Below are positions 10,025 through 19,602 of a stretch of 50,017 nt of DNA, piece after piece; position 1 is the first letter of the stretch; each line of letters opens with the position of its first letter. Made by a program: the position numbers and the translations under genes. Below the pieces are notes generated by a model. The model was not told the DNA's origin and did not search any database. It saw only the letters and a program-made list of their open reading frames with translations. This DNA is from Thermoplasmata archaeon (GTDB taxonomy: Archaea > Thermoplasmatota > Thermoplasmata > Thermoplasmatales > GCA-001856825): contig JAJYUZ010000006.1 of the NCBI GenBank assembly GCA_021792255.1, positions 1-50,017 on the forward strand, in the 5' to 3' direction.

Positions 10025-10510
10025 TCAGAGATGTTTCATCATTGTGATCGCTGCGTCCCGATACCCCATCTTCAGGTACATATTTCTCGCTGTGGAGTTG
10101 AACCCGAAGACGTTGAGCTGGATCCTCCCTGCTCCTTCTTTCCTGGCGGTTGTCTCGAGCTTCCTCATAGCCTCCTTTCCGTAGCCCTTGCCCCGTTGAT
10201 TCTCATCGATTAATATGTCCCAGAGGTATGCCTCCTTCATCACTCTGTCCCTTATCTCGTACCATATGGTCCCGACAGCATCATTGCCGTTCATGATATG
10301 CATTATGTGATGCCCCTCCGTCGAGAGACCATTTGGAATGAATTTCCTGACCTCCATCTCCGCTTCTTCGAAAGTTATGTCATCCCTGAGGAAGCCCGCT
10401 CTCCCCATGTCCCTGATCCACGACTCGACTGAATATCTCCAGTAATCAGGGAACTCTTTTTCAGTGACAGGCTCGAAATGTATCATCCGGCATCGATAAT
10501 CCCTTCGCAT
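10025..10510 (-). CDS. GNAT family N-acetyltransferase
   Basis: Acetyl-CoA motif 'QRGKGYG' and 'LNVFGFNSTARNMYLKMGY'. Confidence 0.9.
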   Translation of the reverse strand: MRRDYRCRMIHFEPVTEKEFPDYWRYSVESWIRDMGRAGFLRDDITFEEAEMEVRKFIPNGLSTEGHHIMHIMNGNDAVGTIWYEIRDRVMKEAYLWDILIDENQRGKGYGKEAMRKLETTARKEGAGRIQLNVFGFNSTARNMYLKMGYRDAAITMMKHL

Positions 10511-10626
10511 TAAAAGGAATCACGCAAACGGATGGCGGGACTGTTTCATCGACAGGTAGCATGCCATAGACAATCAAACCATGTGCTGACTGTTCCCGGT
10601 CATCAAAAAAATGAATGGAGAAGTGG

Positions 10627-11103
10627 TCAGATTTCAGTTATCCACTTCTCCGGATTGTTTATTATCTCCGGCACCAGTGATTCCACCATTCTCCTGAAAT
10701 TCCCCGGAGTCAATTTCCCCTCAGGAGAGGAACTCACCATTTCGGCGGGGAATCGTATGAAACCTATCACATCAGAATACGACGCCAGAACTACCTTCTT
10801 CCTTTCCCTGCCGTCCATCCGCATCCTGACGTCTGAAAAATTGATCCTCCTCAGGTCGATATACTCCCCCTTCTGGTAAGCAAACTCGTCCATGATAGGA
10901 AAGGTGAAGAAGTAGAATGATTCACCGTCCGAATCAATGCCCCTCACTATTGCAACCTTCGTCCCCTCGGGAATCTGCAGCATGAGCTCTGCAAGCTGGA
11001 CCGACCATCCGACTGCTATGTCCCTCTTAGTTCTATCTGGAACTATTCCCGCAGCATTCAGTCCCCCGTCCAGAGGTAATTCCTTCCTCTCAGCCCCATC
11101 CAT
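10627..11103 (-). CDS. Hypothetical protein
   Basis: Co-oriented, 3 nt downstream of the 11107 gene. Confidence 0.65.
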   Translation of the reverse strand: MDGAERKELPLDGGLNAAGIVPDRTKRDIAVGWSVQLAELMLQIPEGTKVAIVRGIDSDGESFYFFTFPIMDEFAYQKGEYIDLRRINFSDVRMRMDGRERKKVVLASYSDVIGFIRFPAEMVSSSPEGKLTPGNFRRMVESLVPEIINNPEKWITEI

Positions 11104-11106
11104 CGC

Positions 11107-11865
11107 TCATCCCTTCCCCTGCGCTTCCCTGATTAGTATCAGGTGCTGTACCATCATCTCCAGTGAATGCAGTGCGTCGTGGAGTACGTCGACCAGCACC
11201 TCGTAGACATCCTCCCTGTTGAACATTGACTCGGGGTCTAGCCCCTTCTGGGTCCTCCAGGGGAGTTCCCTTATGTCGGGTACCACTTCCTCCAGCGTCT
11301 TGATGCTTTCAAACAGTGTTTTCAGGTCATCATCATTCACTCCCCTCCCAATGATCCCTTCCATGATGTCATTGGAATACCAGAGCTTGAGGTATCTGCC
11401 ATGCATCTCTGCGGTCATGTCCTTCGGATTCACTCCTCCCTGCTCCCTCTCCTCATCTATGAGCCTCTTCATCGCATCCACCTTTCTGTAGTCTGTAATC
11501 GCATCGTCCCGATGATGCAGCCGTAGCATCTCCCTGTCCTTCACCCACAGCTCCTTCGCCCACAAAGGTAGTTCCCTCAGGGGAATCGTATCCAGCACGG
11601 TCTCGTATGTGCTGAAGGCACCGACAAAGGTTCCATCCAGGTAAGCGCGTTCCTCTAGCCTCTCCTCGTCCCTGTTCGCATCCCTGATGCTTGCCCACGT
11701 TTCCGGGTCCAGTGGACCGTAATAGAGGTAGACCCTTGCAGCATTCTTCTTTTCGTCATACACGGCAGGCTTAGCTACCACCGTATCGGGAGCGTCCCTG
11801 CCTCCAAACTTCACCCTCACCAACATGGTTGGTGAACTGTTTATCTTATCCACCAATTCTTTCAT
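11107..11865 (-). CDS. Hypothetical protein, paralog family A copy 1
   Basis: Shares INxxPT..KPAxY..GPLxP..PxWxxxLWVKxxEM motifs with 12867-13385; likely start MKELVDK at 11865. Confidence 0.7.
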   Translation of the reverse strand: MKELVDKINSSPTMLVRVKFGGRDAPDTVVAKPAVYDEKKNAARVYLYYGPLDPETWASIRDANRDEERLEERAYLDGTFVGAFSTYETVLDTIPLRELPLWAKELWVKDREMLRLHHRDDAITDYRKVDAMKRLIDEEREQGGVNPKDMTAEMHGRYLKLWYSNDIMEGIIGRGVNDDDLKTLFESIKTLEEVVPDIRELPWRTQKGLDPESMFNREDVYEVLVDVLHDALHSLEMMVQHLILIREAQGKG

Positions 11866-12151
11866 ATTCACTGTTCTCACTTCCTGCAACAGCACATATT
11901 GGCTGCCCTCACCCCTCCCCAAAACAATGGACTCTTAACCCGCAGTGCGGGTCCACACGGGTGAGAACGTGGTTGTCACGGAGACAACCACCCTCATCCC
12001 GGGATTATGCCTTCCTCTTACCCCCAATAAACTATCTGGCATTAGTATATAATGCAACCGCTGATCAGGAATTCCTTTCGCGTTATTTACTCCTTTTTAA
12101 GGAAAGGGCTTTCCATTCGTACTCCATATCACAGTCCTACCCGCTACCATT

Positions 12152-12433
12152 TTAGTTTTCATGGGTCCTTTTGCCGTTAAGAGACCTGAGATAATATGAT
12201 GTTACGACAACAGGCAAAAAAATGAGAAGCACGATTAGCACTATCAATGCTCCATAGCGAGTGTTCAAAATCTCATTGATGATTTTACCGAGGGGGTCAG
12301 TTGTGAACAAGTAATACAATAGGTAAATTATCCCACCGTATCCTGATACTACAATTGATATTGCTAACAATGCACGAAGACGCCTTTTCGAATTTCTTTT
12401 TTGAAAAGTGGTCAAAGGCATGCCGTATTCCAC
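12152..12433 (-). CDS. Small 2-TM membrane protein
   Basis: Two hydrophobic helices; AT-richer than its neighbours. Confidence 0.5.
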   Translation of the reverse strand: MEYGMPLTTFQKRNSKRRLRALLAISIVVSGYGGIIYLLYYLFTTDPLGKIINEILNTRYGALIVLIVLLIFLPVVVTSYYLRSLNGKRTHEN

Positions 12434-12621
12434 TTCCCGGTCGCGAACATCTTCCCCTTTCCGGGATCAAGTGGACCGTGGCTCATCCACACGTTCCATT
12501 CACCCATTTCGGGATAATATTCAGCATAACTGCAGATCGTCCTCATCATTCCGCTGAAAGTGACAAGGGAGAGGAATGTTGTTGCAGAATTTATCTCATC
12601 GCAAAATTCTTTCACATCCAT
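12412..12621 (-). pseudogene. Truncated paralog family A copy 2
   Basis: MDVKEFCDEINSATT...AEYYP...HGPLDPG, ending shortly after the GPLDP motif. Confidence 0.55.
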
Positions 12622-12866
12622 CATGCATGCCATTGCACCGGTGAAATACAATGGTTCTTGTCGTTTGGGCCAAGTCCTTTTTTTGAGAATTCCGTCGTCT
12701 AATTGGCAATGAAACGACAACCCGGCCATGCAGTGCATTCAGGCATGGAATGGGAGATGACGGGAGCGGTCTTGCCAAAGAACTGTCGGGCCAGCTATCC
12801 TCCCGTCGCCATCTCCTACGTACTCACTATCCACCAATGGTACGTGATACCATCTGCCTGTGCCAT

Positions 12867-13385
12867 TTAATCGGTCTCGATGTCCTCTATCCCCGCTCCG
12901 TCGTCTCTCACCACCTTCAGCACCTCCTTCTCGTCTCCCATCCTCTCCCTGAGCCTCCTGATCCTGCTCATGAGCGACATAGACTCCTGAGACGGAATCT
13001 TTCCCTCCCTCAGCCTCATCTCCTGATATTTCACCCAGAGCATCGCCGTCCATTCCGGCATCTCCTCAGGTTGCATGAAATCGTATTCGGTCAGATATGG
13101 GCGAACGGTTTGGTCGAAGCTCCCTCCGCTGTGTCCTCCAATCTCCGCTCCATCCCTGTGCACGCCATGACTGTTCTCCATCTTGCTCCATCCCTTCGGT
13201 TCCACCTTGATCCACCCCGGTGAGAGTGGACCCTCGTACCTGTAATACCTTATCTTGCCCCTCTGCCATCCCTCCCTGGGATAGTACGTCGCAGGCTTGC
13301 ATATCACTTCCGTCCAGACCATCACCATCACCGTCGGGGCGTTGTTTATGTCAACAGCAAGTTTTCTCAGATTCACATCATCCAT
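12867..13385 (-). CDS. Hypothetical protein, paralog family A copy 3
   Basis: Strong RBS GGAGGTGA; motifs shared with the 11107 gene. Confidence 0.75.
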   Translation of the reverse strand: MDDVNLRKLAVDINNAPTVMVMVWTEVICKPATYYPREGWQRGKIRYYRYEGPLSPGWIKVEPKGWSKMENSHGVHRDGAEIGGHSGGSFDQTVRPYLTEYDFMQPEEMPEWTAMLWVKYQEMRLREGKIPSQESMSLMSRIRRLRERMGDEKEVLKVVRDDGAGIEDIETD

Positions 13386-13932
13386 TTATTCACCTCCTTA
13401 CATTCGGGCATCTTCTACCCGCCTTCCCGATGCCGGGACACGGCAACGGTATGTGCGGACACCCGCCAACCCCCGCGGGACTTCGCGGGGCCGCTAAAAG
13501 TCACCAGACGTCCACTCCATCCGGTGGCATTATTCTACAGGTATACTATCCACTGACCAAATATAAACGTTCTGATTGAGTCTATGCCAGTGCGCTCTCT
13601 TCATTTCGATCAGTTGTGTTTCCTTGAAGATACAATGTTGCTCATTGGGATAATGTCAGAAATGGCTCCCAGAAGAAAGAAGGGGACAGTTCCAGCATTT
13701 ATAATCAGTCAAATTACTCCATCCCCTTCGATCGCTCCTTTTGAGCCAGCAGGTATATCTTGGAGAAGGAGGAATATTTTTCATACACACATCGAGCAGG
13801 CACGGGAAGAGGAATCCCACAGGAGTCAGGGCATCACGCCCGGATCTGTCTTATGGAAGGGTTTAGATTATAAGGATGAGGATCGCCAGGAAAGGAATTA
13901 TTCCAATTCCAGAGGTTATGGCGAGCACCGCC

Positions 13933-13983
13933 ACAGTTATTCCAGGAGTTACCCGCGGAACTATCCCCGCAACTATTCCAGGA
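13933..13983 (+). repeat. Degenerate 12-bp tandem repeat (about 4 copies)
   Basis: AGTTATTCCAGG AGTTACCCGCGG AACTATCCCCGC AACTATTCCAGG. Confidence 0.55.
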
Positions 13984-14283
13984 ACTGGTGAGAGAACGAA
14001 GCGCGTAAATCGCAGGAAGCACGTCCCCGCCAGGGACAGGGACGAGGACGCAGTGAATAGACTGGGTCCTCTTTTTGGTCCCGGGACGAAGCCGGTGGAA
14101 CTGGAGGAACTACAGTTAGGGGACATGTTTGACGATGGCGAGACGAAGCCGGAACGGAAGAGGAAGAAGAAGGCACCCCACAGGCCCCGCAAGGCAGGTG
14201 ATTAATGTGGAAAGAATTACCATGATAATTTTTGGATTTACTCTGCTTTTTATTGAAGCGGCTCTCCTCTTCTACTTTGCAAG

Positions 14284-14481
14284 GTGATTGAAATGGAATG
14301 GATAGGGAAGAAGGCAACGGGGACGAGATGGGACAGGAGAGGGGGCAGGGACGGGTTCAGGGGACATTACAAGTATGGTCATACCATGCGAGGAGTTATC
14401 ACACGGTATAAGAAGAGGGACCAGCAGTACCAGATCACGGGTACCAGGTATGCCGTGACCCTGACGGAGAGTTTAGGATAG
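14284..14481 (+). CDS. Small basic hypothetical protein (possibly truncated), paralog family B copy 1
   Basis: RBS AGGTGA; homologous to the 17002-17211 remnant. Confidence 0.5.
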   Translation: MIEMEWIGKKATGTRWDRRGGRDGFRGHYKYGHTMRGVITRYKKRDQQYQITGTRYAVTLTESLG

Positions 14482-14680
14482 GAAGGGGGAAGGAGTGGTT
14501 TTACCGTGACCAGATAGAGATAGTGGAAGACAAGGAATCGGGAGAAGGGGTGGAGTGAAGGGCATGAGAGAAGCTTTGGTTAAGTTGATCGCTTACGGGA
14601 CCTGATGGAAAGTGTCGAACAGACAAGATTGAACGGGGGGAAAGGGAAAGGATCAGTCGAGTGAAGCGATAAGTTACCTG

Positions 14681-16546
14681 TTAACAGGTTCTAAAGTTAC
14701 TATATATCCCCTTTATTCTAAAAAGGTCTTCGTTTGGAATTTTTCCCGCATAATCAGACATACTGCATAGGTACACTTGCGGGATTTGCTCCCTTTCGCT
14801 TGGTACTTCCACGTCTATTCGACGTAGATCACCAAGATCATGTTTATGTATTTTTTTCTTTTCTCTGGGTGATAATTTTGAAAGGGCTAGGACGCCTGTC
14901 CTCGTTTGCTCATATGCCCTTAGAAATCCCCTTATATTGACAATACCATTATTTAAGTTAAGATAGAACTGCAAAAAGCTTGAAGATTTACTCCACGTAT
15001 CTTGAAGACGATGGCAGATTTCAGAAGAATAACGGGATCCTGTACCGTGAGCGACAGCAATCGAATTTATTGTTTTAATGAGGTGTCCGCCTATACAACG
15101 GTCCGCCACATTTTCCCAGTATTTCAAATCTACTGATCCAAGGTAGAGATGAGATACTGTACCCATGAATTTACTTTCACCTAGGAAATCCTCCTCTAAT
15201 ATGTGAGGCGCCCTTACCCAGCCCTTTTCTCTAAGGGGAGAGTTCGATTCCAGGTCTATGTCTTCGTATATAGATAGTATTTCTCCCCTTGGGTCATTTA
15301 AGCCCAGTACATGCAAACAATAGCGTTTTCTTTCCATATTTCCAAGATACCAGCTATTTAAGACGAGCTCAGAGCCATTTAATTCTATAAGAAAGGGTAT
15401 TCTCCGCAAGTCAATGAAATTACTATCTTCAGGGTGTTCACTTAAGTAATCAGTAAAAGAATCGAAGGATACAAAGTAGCCGTCATTTTCCTTTGCTTTT
15501 TTCACGATTAACTCTAGTGCTTCCCGTCTATTGGGGGCTTTGAGTAAATTGAATTCTTCTTTGAACTTATGAAATAGTTCAACTAATTTGAGTTGTCTTT
15601 CAAAGTCCTCGTCATAAATTACCCAAATGTTGTTAATTCCTTCTTTTCTCGCACTTTTTGCGATCATAAAGATGCTCTCAAGATACAAGCCTCCCTTTGG
15701 GCTAACATTTATGCTCTCAAGATAATGCTTCTTTTCTTTTCCCGTCCTATCGAGAAGGTAATCGCTAAATTCCAGGTGGGTCTGAGTGCGTATAATCTGA
15801 GACACTCTTACGGACTCGAAATTAGGATTACAGATGGGTGAAAGTCGTTCCGGATGAGTATCATCTTTTACACGATAACAAGATGCAACGTTTCTTCCAT
15901 CGATGAATAATGGAAGAGAAATAGATTCGTTATGACTGTCGAGATGAGGAGTTGAGCTCGAATAAATGGTTGAATAGTATTGCTTCTTACTATTCTCTTC
16001 TGTTGTATTCCCGAACCTGAGTACTTTACTGACATCTTCGAATGACAGAAACGGTTGCTGATCATCGCTAATAGGATTATTAATTGGCTCGACGATAGTA
16101 GGTATCCGTAGAACGGCTCCCAGTTCTTGATTTACCATAAAGGTGACTCTATGGCCGTTGATGAAATCTGCATAATCTTGATGCCTTTCTATGTAGTCCT
16201 TGAATCTATCGTTTGAAAGTATGTAGCCGTTACTCTTTTTTGCATATTCAATAATAAAGGAATCTGCGTCGGTTCCTGCAGGAGTTTTTTCAATCCTGAA
16301 TTTATTCTGTAAATCTGTTAACAGGTCTTTGTCTTCGGTTTCATAGACCAGATTCGCATCTAAGAAAACCCAGATATCGGTGAAACCCTTTTCAGTTGCC
16401 GCTTCGGCGGCGGTCAAAATATTCTTGATCAGGGGTTTATCGCCCTTTTCTTTGCTTCCGTAGTTCCATGCTACGTTGCTTCCGTCGATGAATAAAGGAG
16501 GTAGTTTAGTACTATCGTGGTTTGACTGAGGAGAATCTTCCTGCAT
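14681..16546 (-). CDS. Tandem NYN/PIN (Zc3h12a/Regnase-like) ribonuclease-domain protein
   Basis: Domain 1: FIDGSNVA...DAN...ADSFII...ILSNDRFKDY. Domain 2: FIDGRNVA...IYDED...FVSFDSFTDY. Unknown C-terminal region; likely start MQEDS at 16546. Confidence 0.8.
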   Translation of the reverse strand: MQEDSPQSNHDSTKLPPLFIDGSNVAWNYGSKEKGDKPLIKNILTAAEAATEKGFTDIWVFLDANLVYETEDKDLLTDLQNKFRIEKTPAGTDADSFIIEYAKKSNGYILSNDRFKDYIERHQDYADFINGHRVTFMVNQELGAVLRIPTIVEPINNPISDDQQPFLSFEDVSKVLRFGNTTEENSKKQYYSTIYSSSTPHLDSHNESISLPLFIDGRNVASCYRVKDDTHPERLSPICNPNFESVRVSQIIRTQTHLEFSDYLLDRTGKEKKHYLESINVSPKGGLYLESIFMIAKSARKEGINNIWVIYDEDFERQLKLVELFHKFKEEFNLLKAPNRREALELIVKKAKENDGYFVSFDSFTDYLSEHPEDSNFIDLRRIPFLIELNGSELVLNSWYLGNMERKRYCLHVLGLNDPRGEILSIYEDIDLESNSPLREKGWVRAPHILEEDFLGESKFMGTVSHLYLGSVDLKYWENVADRCIGGHLIKTINSIAVAHGTGSRYSSEICHRLQDTWSKSSSFLQFYLNLNNGIVNIRGFLRAYEQTRTGVLALSKLSPREKKKIHKHDLGDLRRIDVEVPSEREQIPQVYLCSMSDYAGKIPNEDLFRIKGIYSNFRTC

Positions 16547-17001
16547 CTTCACGTCGGAAATTACATTAAATCGCCATATATATGATTTATTCATTCGGTA
16601 ATAGGGAGCTAGATAATGAAAGAAATTCAGTAAGGGAGGCAATTAAAAAGGCAGTAGACGTAGGATTATGGGAAGGAACATTCCAGATTAAGTCCACAAA
16701 TTTCTAAATACGGGCAGTCCATGATAACGATTATGGAGTGGCTAAGCGGTAGAGCACTCCTGATAGTCGGGTTTTCCATGGCCCCTTTCCGCCGTCCAGT
16801 CATCTCGGTAGACCTCTCCTGGGTGAAATCTAACGCTCCTGGACCTTTAGGGATAGACCCTACCTCGCAGGGCAGGAGAAGCTTTGGGGGGTGGGAGTGG
16901 AGCGATATCCACAAGTGGATGAGGGAAAACATGGATCTGTCTTAACTGGAAGAAGGAATGCGGGTAAGACAAAGCTGGAACCTGTTTTCCAATAATGTTG
17001 T

Positions 17002-17211
17002 CAATGGAGGGAGAAGGCAGCAGGAACGCGGTGGGACAAGTCGACGGGAAGAACAAATCTCAAGGACTCTTACCGGTACGGCTACAGGATGAGAGGAGTC
17101 ATCATACGATATGATAAACCGAGCAGGAAGTATGAGATGGAGGGTACCAGGTACGTCGTAACGCCGGAGGGGGATACGCGCCAAAGGGTACGGTTCCCGC
17201 AAGAAAGCTAG
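17002..17211 (+). pseudogene. Paralog family B copy 2 (start lost)
   Basis: Reads QWREKAAGTRWDK...YRYGYRMRGVIIRYDKPSRKYEMEGTRYVVTP; in-frame TAA immediately upstream. Confidence 0.6.
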
Positions 17212-17528
17212 GAGAAGAAGAATACTCCAGACTGGACTGATCCCACAGGAAGCCCAAAAAGTGCTTATTCAGGCATGGGAGGAAAGATTTACCCCGAAGC
17301 GGCTGGAGAGACATGAATAAAACTGAGGGAATGCCATGAGCTTCAAGTACAACAAGAAAACCCTTCCATACATTGAGACTGAAGTGTCAGGGGAGCAGAG
17401 GCTCATCAAGATAGACAAGATGCTGAGGGATTACGAAATCACAGGGGACCAAGGACTGGGACTCAGACGGAATAGAGCTTAAATTTATCATTGAACAGAG
17501 AGAAGGTTAAGCAATCGGAATCAAGTTT

Positions 17529-17897
17529 GTGGCTCCATTGTTCATAGCCGGACATCGGGTCTGGAACGAAAAGTTAGGGAAATCTGAGATCAAGCAGGGA
17601 AAGAACTGGGCACAATCTCTGGCTCTGTTTGAGCATTATCTCAAAACCAAGCTGGAATCGATTGCGTATGGTCTGAGAGACGCAGAGAAAGAAGCCAAAA
17701 ATAATTTTGACATTACTCGACGAAGGTTAGTAAAGCTTACTTCAAAGGACTATTACTACTATGCCATAGGCTTCCTTTTCTCTTCTTTCATCAATACGTT
17801 TTGCGACCTGCATGACAGGGATATGACACTGGACGAGCAGGATGAAGTTGTCAGAATCGTCAAGGAAAGAGTAAAGGAGTCGATAGATAAGACATGA
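17529..17897 (+). CDS. Hypothetical protein (possibly fragment)
   Basis: ORF overlapping the next gene by ATGA. Confidence 0.45.
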   Translation: MAPLFIAGHRVWNEKLGKSEIKQGKNWAQSLALFEHYLKTKLESIAYGLRDAEKEAKNNFDITRRRLVKLTSKDYYYYAIGFLFSSFINTFCDLHDRDMTLDEQDEVVRIVKERVKESIDKT

Positions 17898-18172
17898 CAA
17901 GAACCAAGGTAAGGCCATCCAACATAACTACACAGCCTAGGAAGCCAAGAAGCAAGTTAGATATTGCAAGAATCTTGAGTCAAGCGAGAATTGAGGATCC
18001 AGTAGTCTATTCGATGAACGGCATAGTCTACCAGATGTATGGACTTTGCAGACGAGCCGTCCAAACGTTCAATTTTCAAGGGTCACCTTTCGCTGAATAT
18101 GTGTCTTTTGAAGGCGCGGTAGACATACTTTGGAAAAACCGGAAGGATGTTGTATGGGGAAAGGCAAAATGA
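17894..18172 (+). CDS. Hypothetical protein
   Basis: ATGA coupling with the previous ORF. Confidence 0.5.
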   Translation: MTRTKVRPSNITTQPRKPRSKLDIARILSQARIEDPVVYSMNGIVYQMYGLCRRAVQTFNFQGSPFAEYVSFEGAVDILWKNRKDVVWGKAK

Positions 18173-18262
18173 AGATTACCATCAAGAGAGAAGAGATAGA
18201 TGATGAGAGGAATAAAGTGATTGTCCTGCTTGTTGGACACGGGAAGAACGTTTACTACAATT

Positions 18263-19375
18263 TCAAGAGGCTGCTCTAAAGTTCTTTGACCACACAATCT
18301 TGAGGGTATCCCACCGAACATACTTGAGGCATTGTCTGTCTATCTCCTCATAGAACACTGAATCGATATCCTGGGTATTCACCTTCAGGTAGCTCTCCCC
18401 CTGCTCGTATTTCAGCACCTCCCTCAGCTGGGGTGCAAGGACAGGGATGCCCCTTCTCATCAGCGCTTCCAACATCTTCAGGTAATCATCGTGGAATGTC
18501 TCGTTCCCAACGGACAGCTCGTAATGAGAGTTGTATGAAGTATAAGTAGTGTGAAAACCGGGAGGATACAAGTAGATTCCGTAATTGGAGTAACTTGCCA
18601 CTATCTCGAATGGATGGGAACCCAGCCATTCGTTGCTTTTCAGCCATTCATTGAACTCTTCAACGCTGTCGGGGTCTTCAATATCCAGCATACCACCGTG
18701 TCTAAAATCAGCGTGTTTCACGTAGACATCCCTACTGCTCATCATCGTTGTCTCCTTCAGGACAGAACTCTTGCCCACCCGTACGACCTTGAGATAGTCG
18801 TTTAGGGAGATTCTGTGCTCCAGTGGTTTTGTCTTTGCTAAATGTGACTCATATTTAGCGAAAATCCTATCAGCGTACTCCTTGGAAACGAGGGAACTCC
18901 TATCCAGAACGTATTTTCCCTTTATCTTTCCAGTCCTGAAGAAATAGGGAACCATAGTTTCTATGGATTTTCGATTTTGCATTCTTGGGGCAAATTCACT
19001 TGCAAGCTCTATCACTCTAGTGAGAACCGTACTGGCGTGCTTGTCGCCCTTCTTTATAACTATCGATCTAAGCCATTCTGAAGATTCAAAGTGAAGAAAG
19101 TATTCACTCTTATATTCCACTATTCCCATTGCGATTAAGGATTGTTCACGCTGAAATTTCAGTGGTACATAGAAATTAAACCATCTTGTATCTATCCCGT
19201 TCCTTATTGTGGGAAATGCTGTTTCGGTGAGCCTTTTCATTTGTACGTGTAGCTGGGTATTCTTAACTAAAAAATATCCTTTCGAATCATCTCGGAGCAG
19301 ACGGGATAGATTCGCATAAGTGAACTGAGGAGTTTTCCTGGGCGCCATGACTGATTCAGTTAACGACTGTTCCAA
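18263..19375 (-). CDS. Hypothetical protein (370 aa)
   Basis: Long ORF; motif-like 'HADFRHGG' and 'GSHPFEI' of unknown function. Confidence 0.75.
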   Translation of the reverse strand: MEQSLTESVMAPRKTPQFTYANLSRLLRDDSKGYFLVKNTQLHVQMKRLTETAFPTIRNGIDTRWFNFYVPLKFQREQSLIAMGIVEYKSEYFLHFESSEWLRSIVIKKGDKHASTVLTRVIELASEFAPRMQNRKSIETMVPYFFRTGKIKGKYVLDRSSLVSKEYADRIFAKYESHLAKTKPLEHRISLNDYLKVVRVGKSSVLKETTMMSSRDVYVKHADFRHGGMLDIEDPDSVEEFNEWLKSNEWLGSHPFEIVASYSNYGIYLYPPGFHTTYTSYNSHYELSVGNETFHDDYLKMLEALMRRGIPVLAPQLREVLKYEQGESYLKVNTQDIDSVFYEEIDRQCLKYVRWDTLKIVWSKNFRAAS

Positions 19376-19521
19376 TAAATACCTAAGAGCTTATTTTCTG
19401 ATTGAAGGCTAGGTAGAAGAGATAGTAAAGGGGAGGCAATGTTTGAAAGCAATAATCCATGATTTACACAGAATCTGTGACACAGCTCGATTCACAGCGT
19501 CTTGTATTTTGTGTAGGCAAA

Positions 19522-19533
19522 ATTGTATACAAT
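19522..19533. promoter_or_regulatory. Palindromic GntR/FadR-type operator ATTGTATACAAT
   Basis: Perfect 12-bp palindrome just upstream of a TTTAAAT box (19544-19550) of the MFS-dehydratase operon; a GntR gene lies nearby. Confidence 0.6.
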
Positions 19534-19602
19534 CTACATAGTATTTAAATACCAGTTCCAATGAAAAAGGAAGAATTTATATTGGAGTAAATCTTGTAAT
19601 TT

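Noticed and set aside
16629-19441. Similar motif AGTAA(A)GGG(G)AGGCAAT upstream of two minus-strand cargo genes
   Set aside because: Only ~15 imperfect bp in two copies; too weak to call a cassette recombination site.
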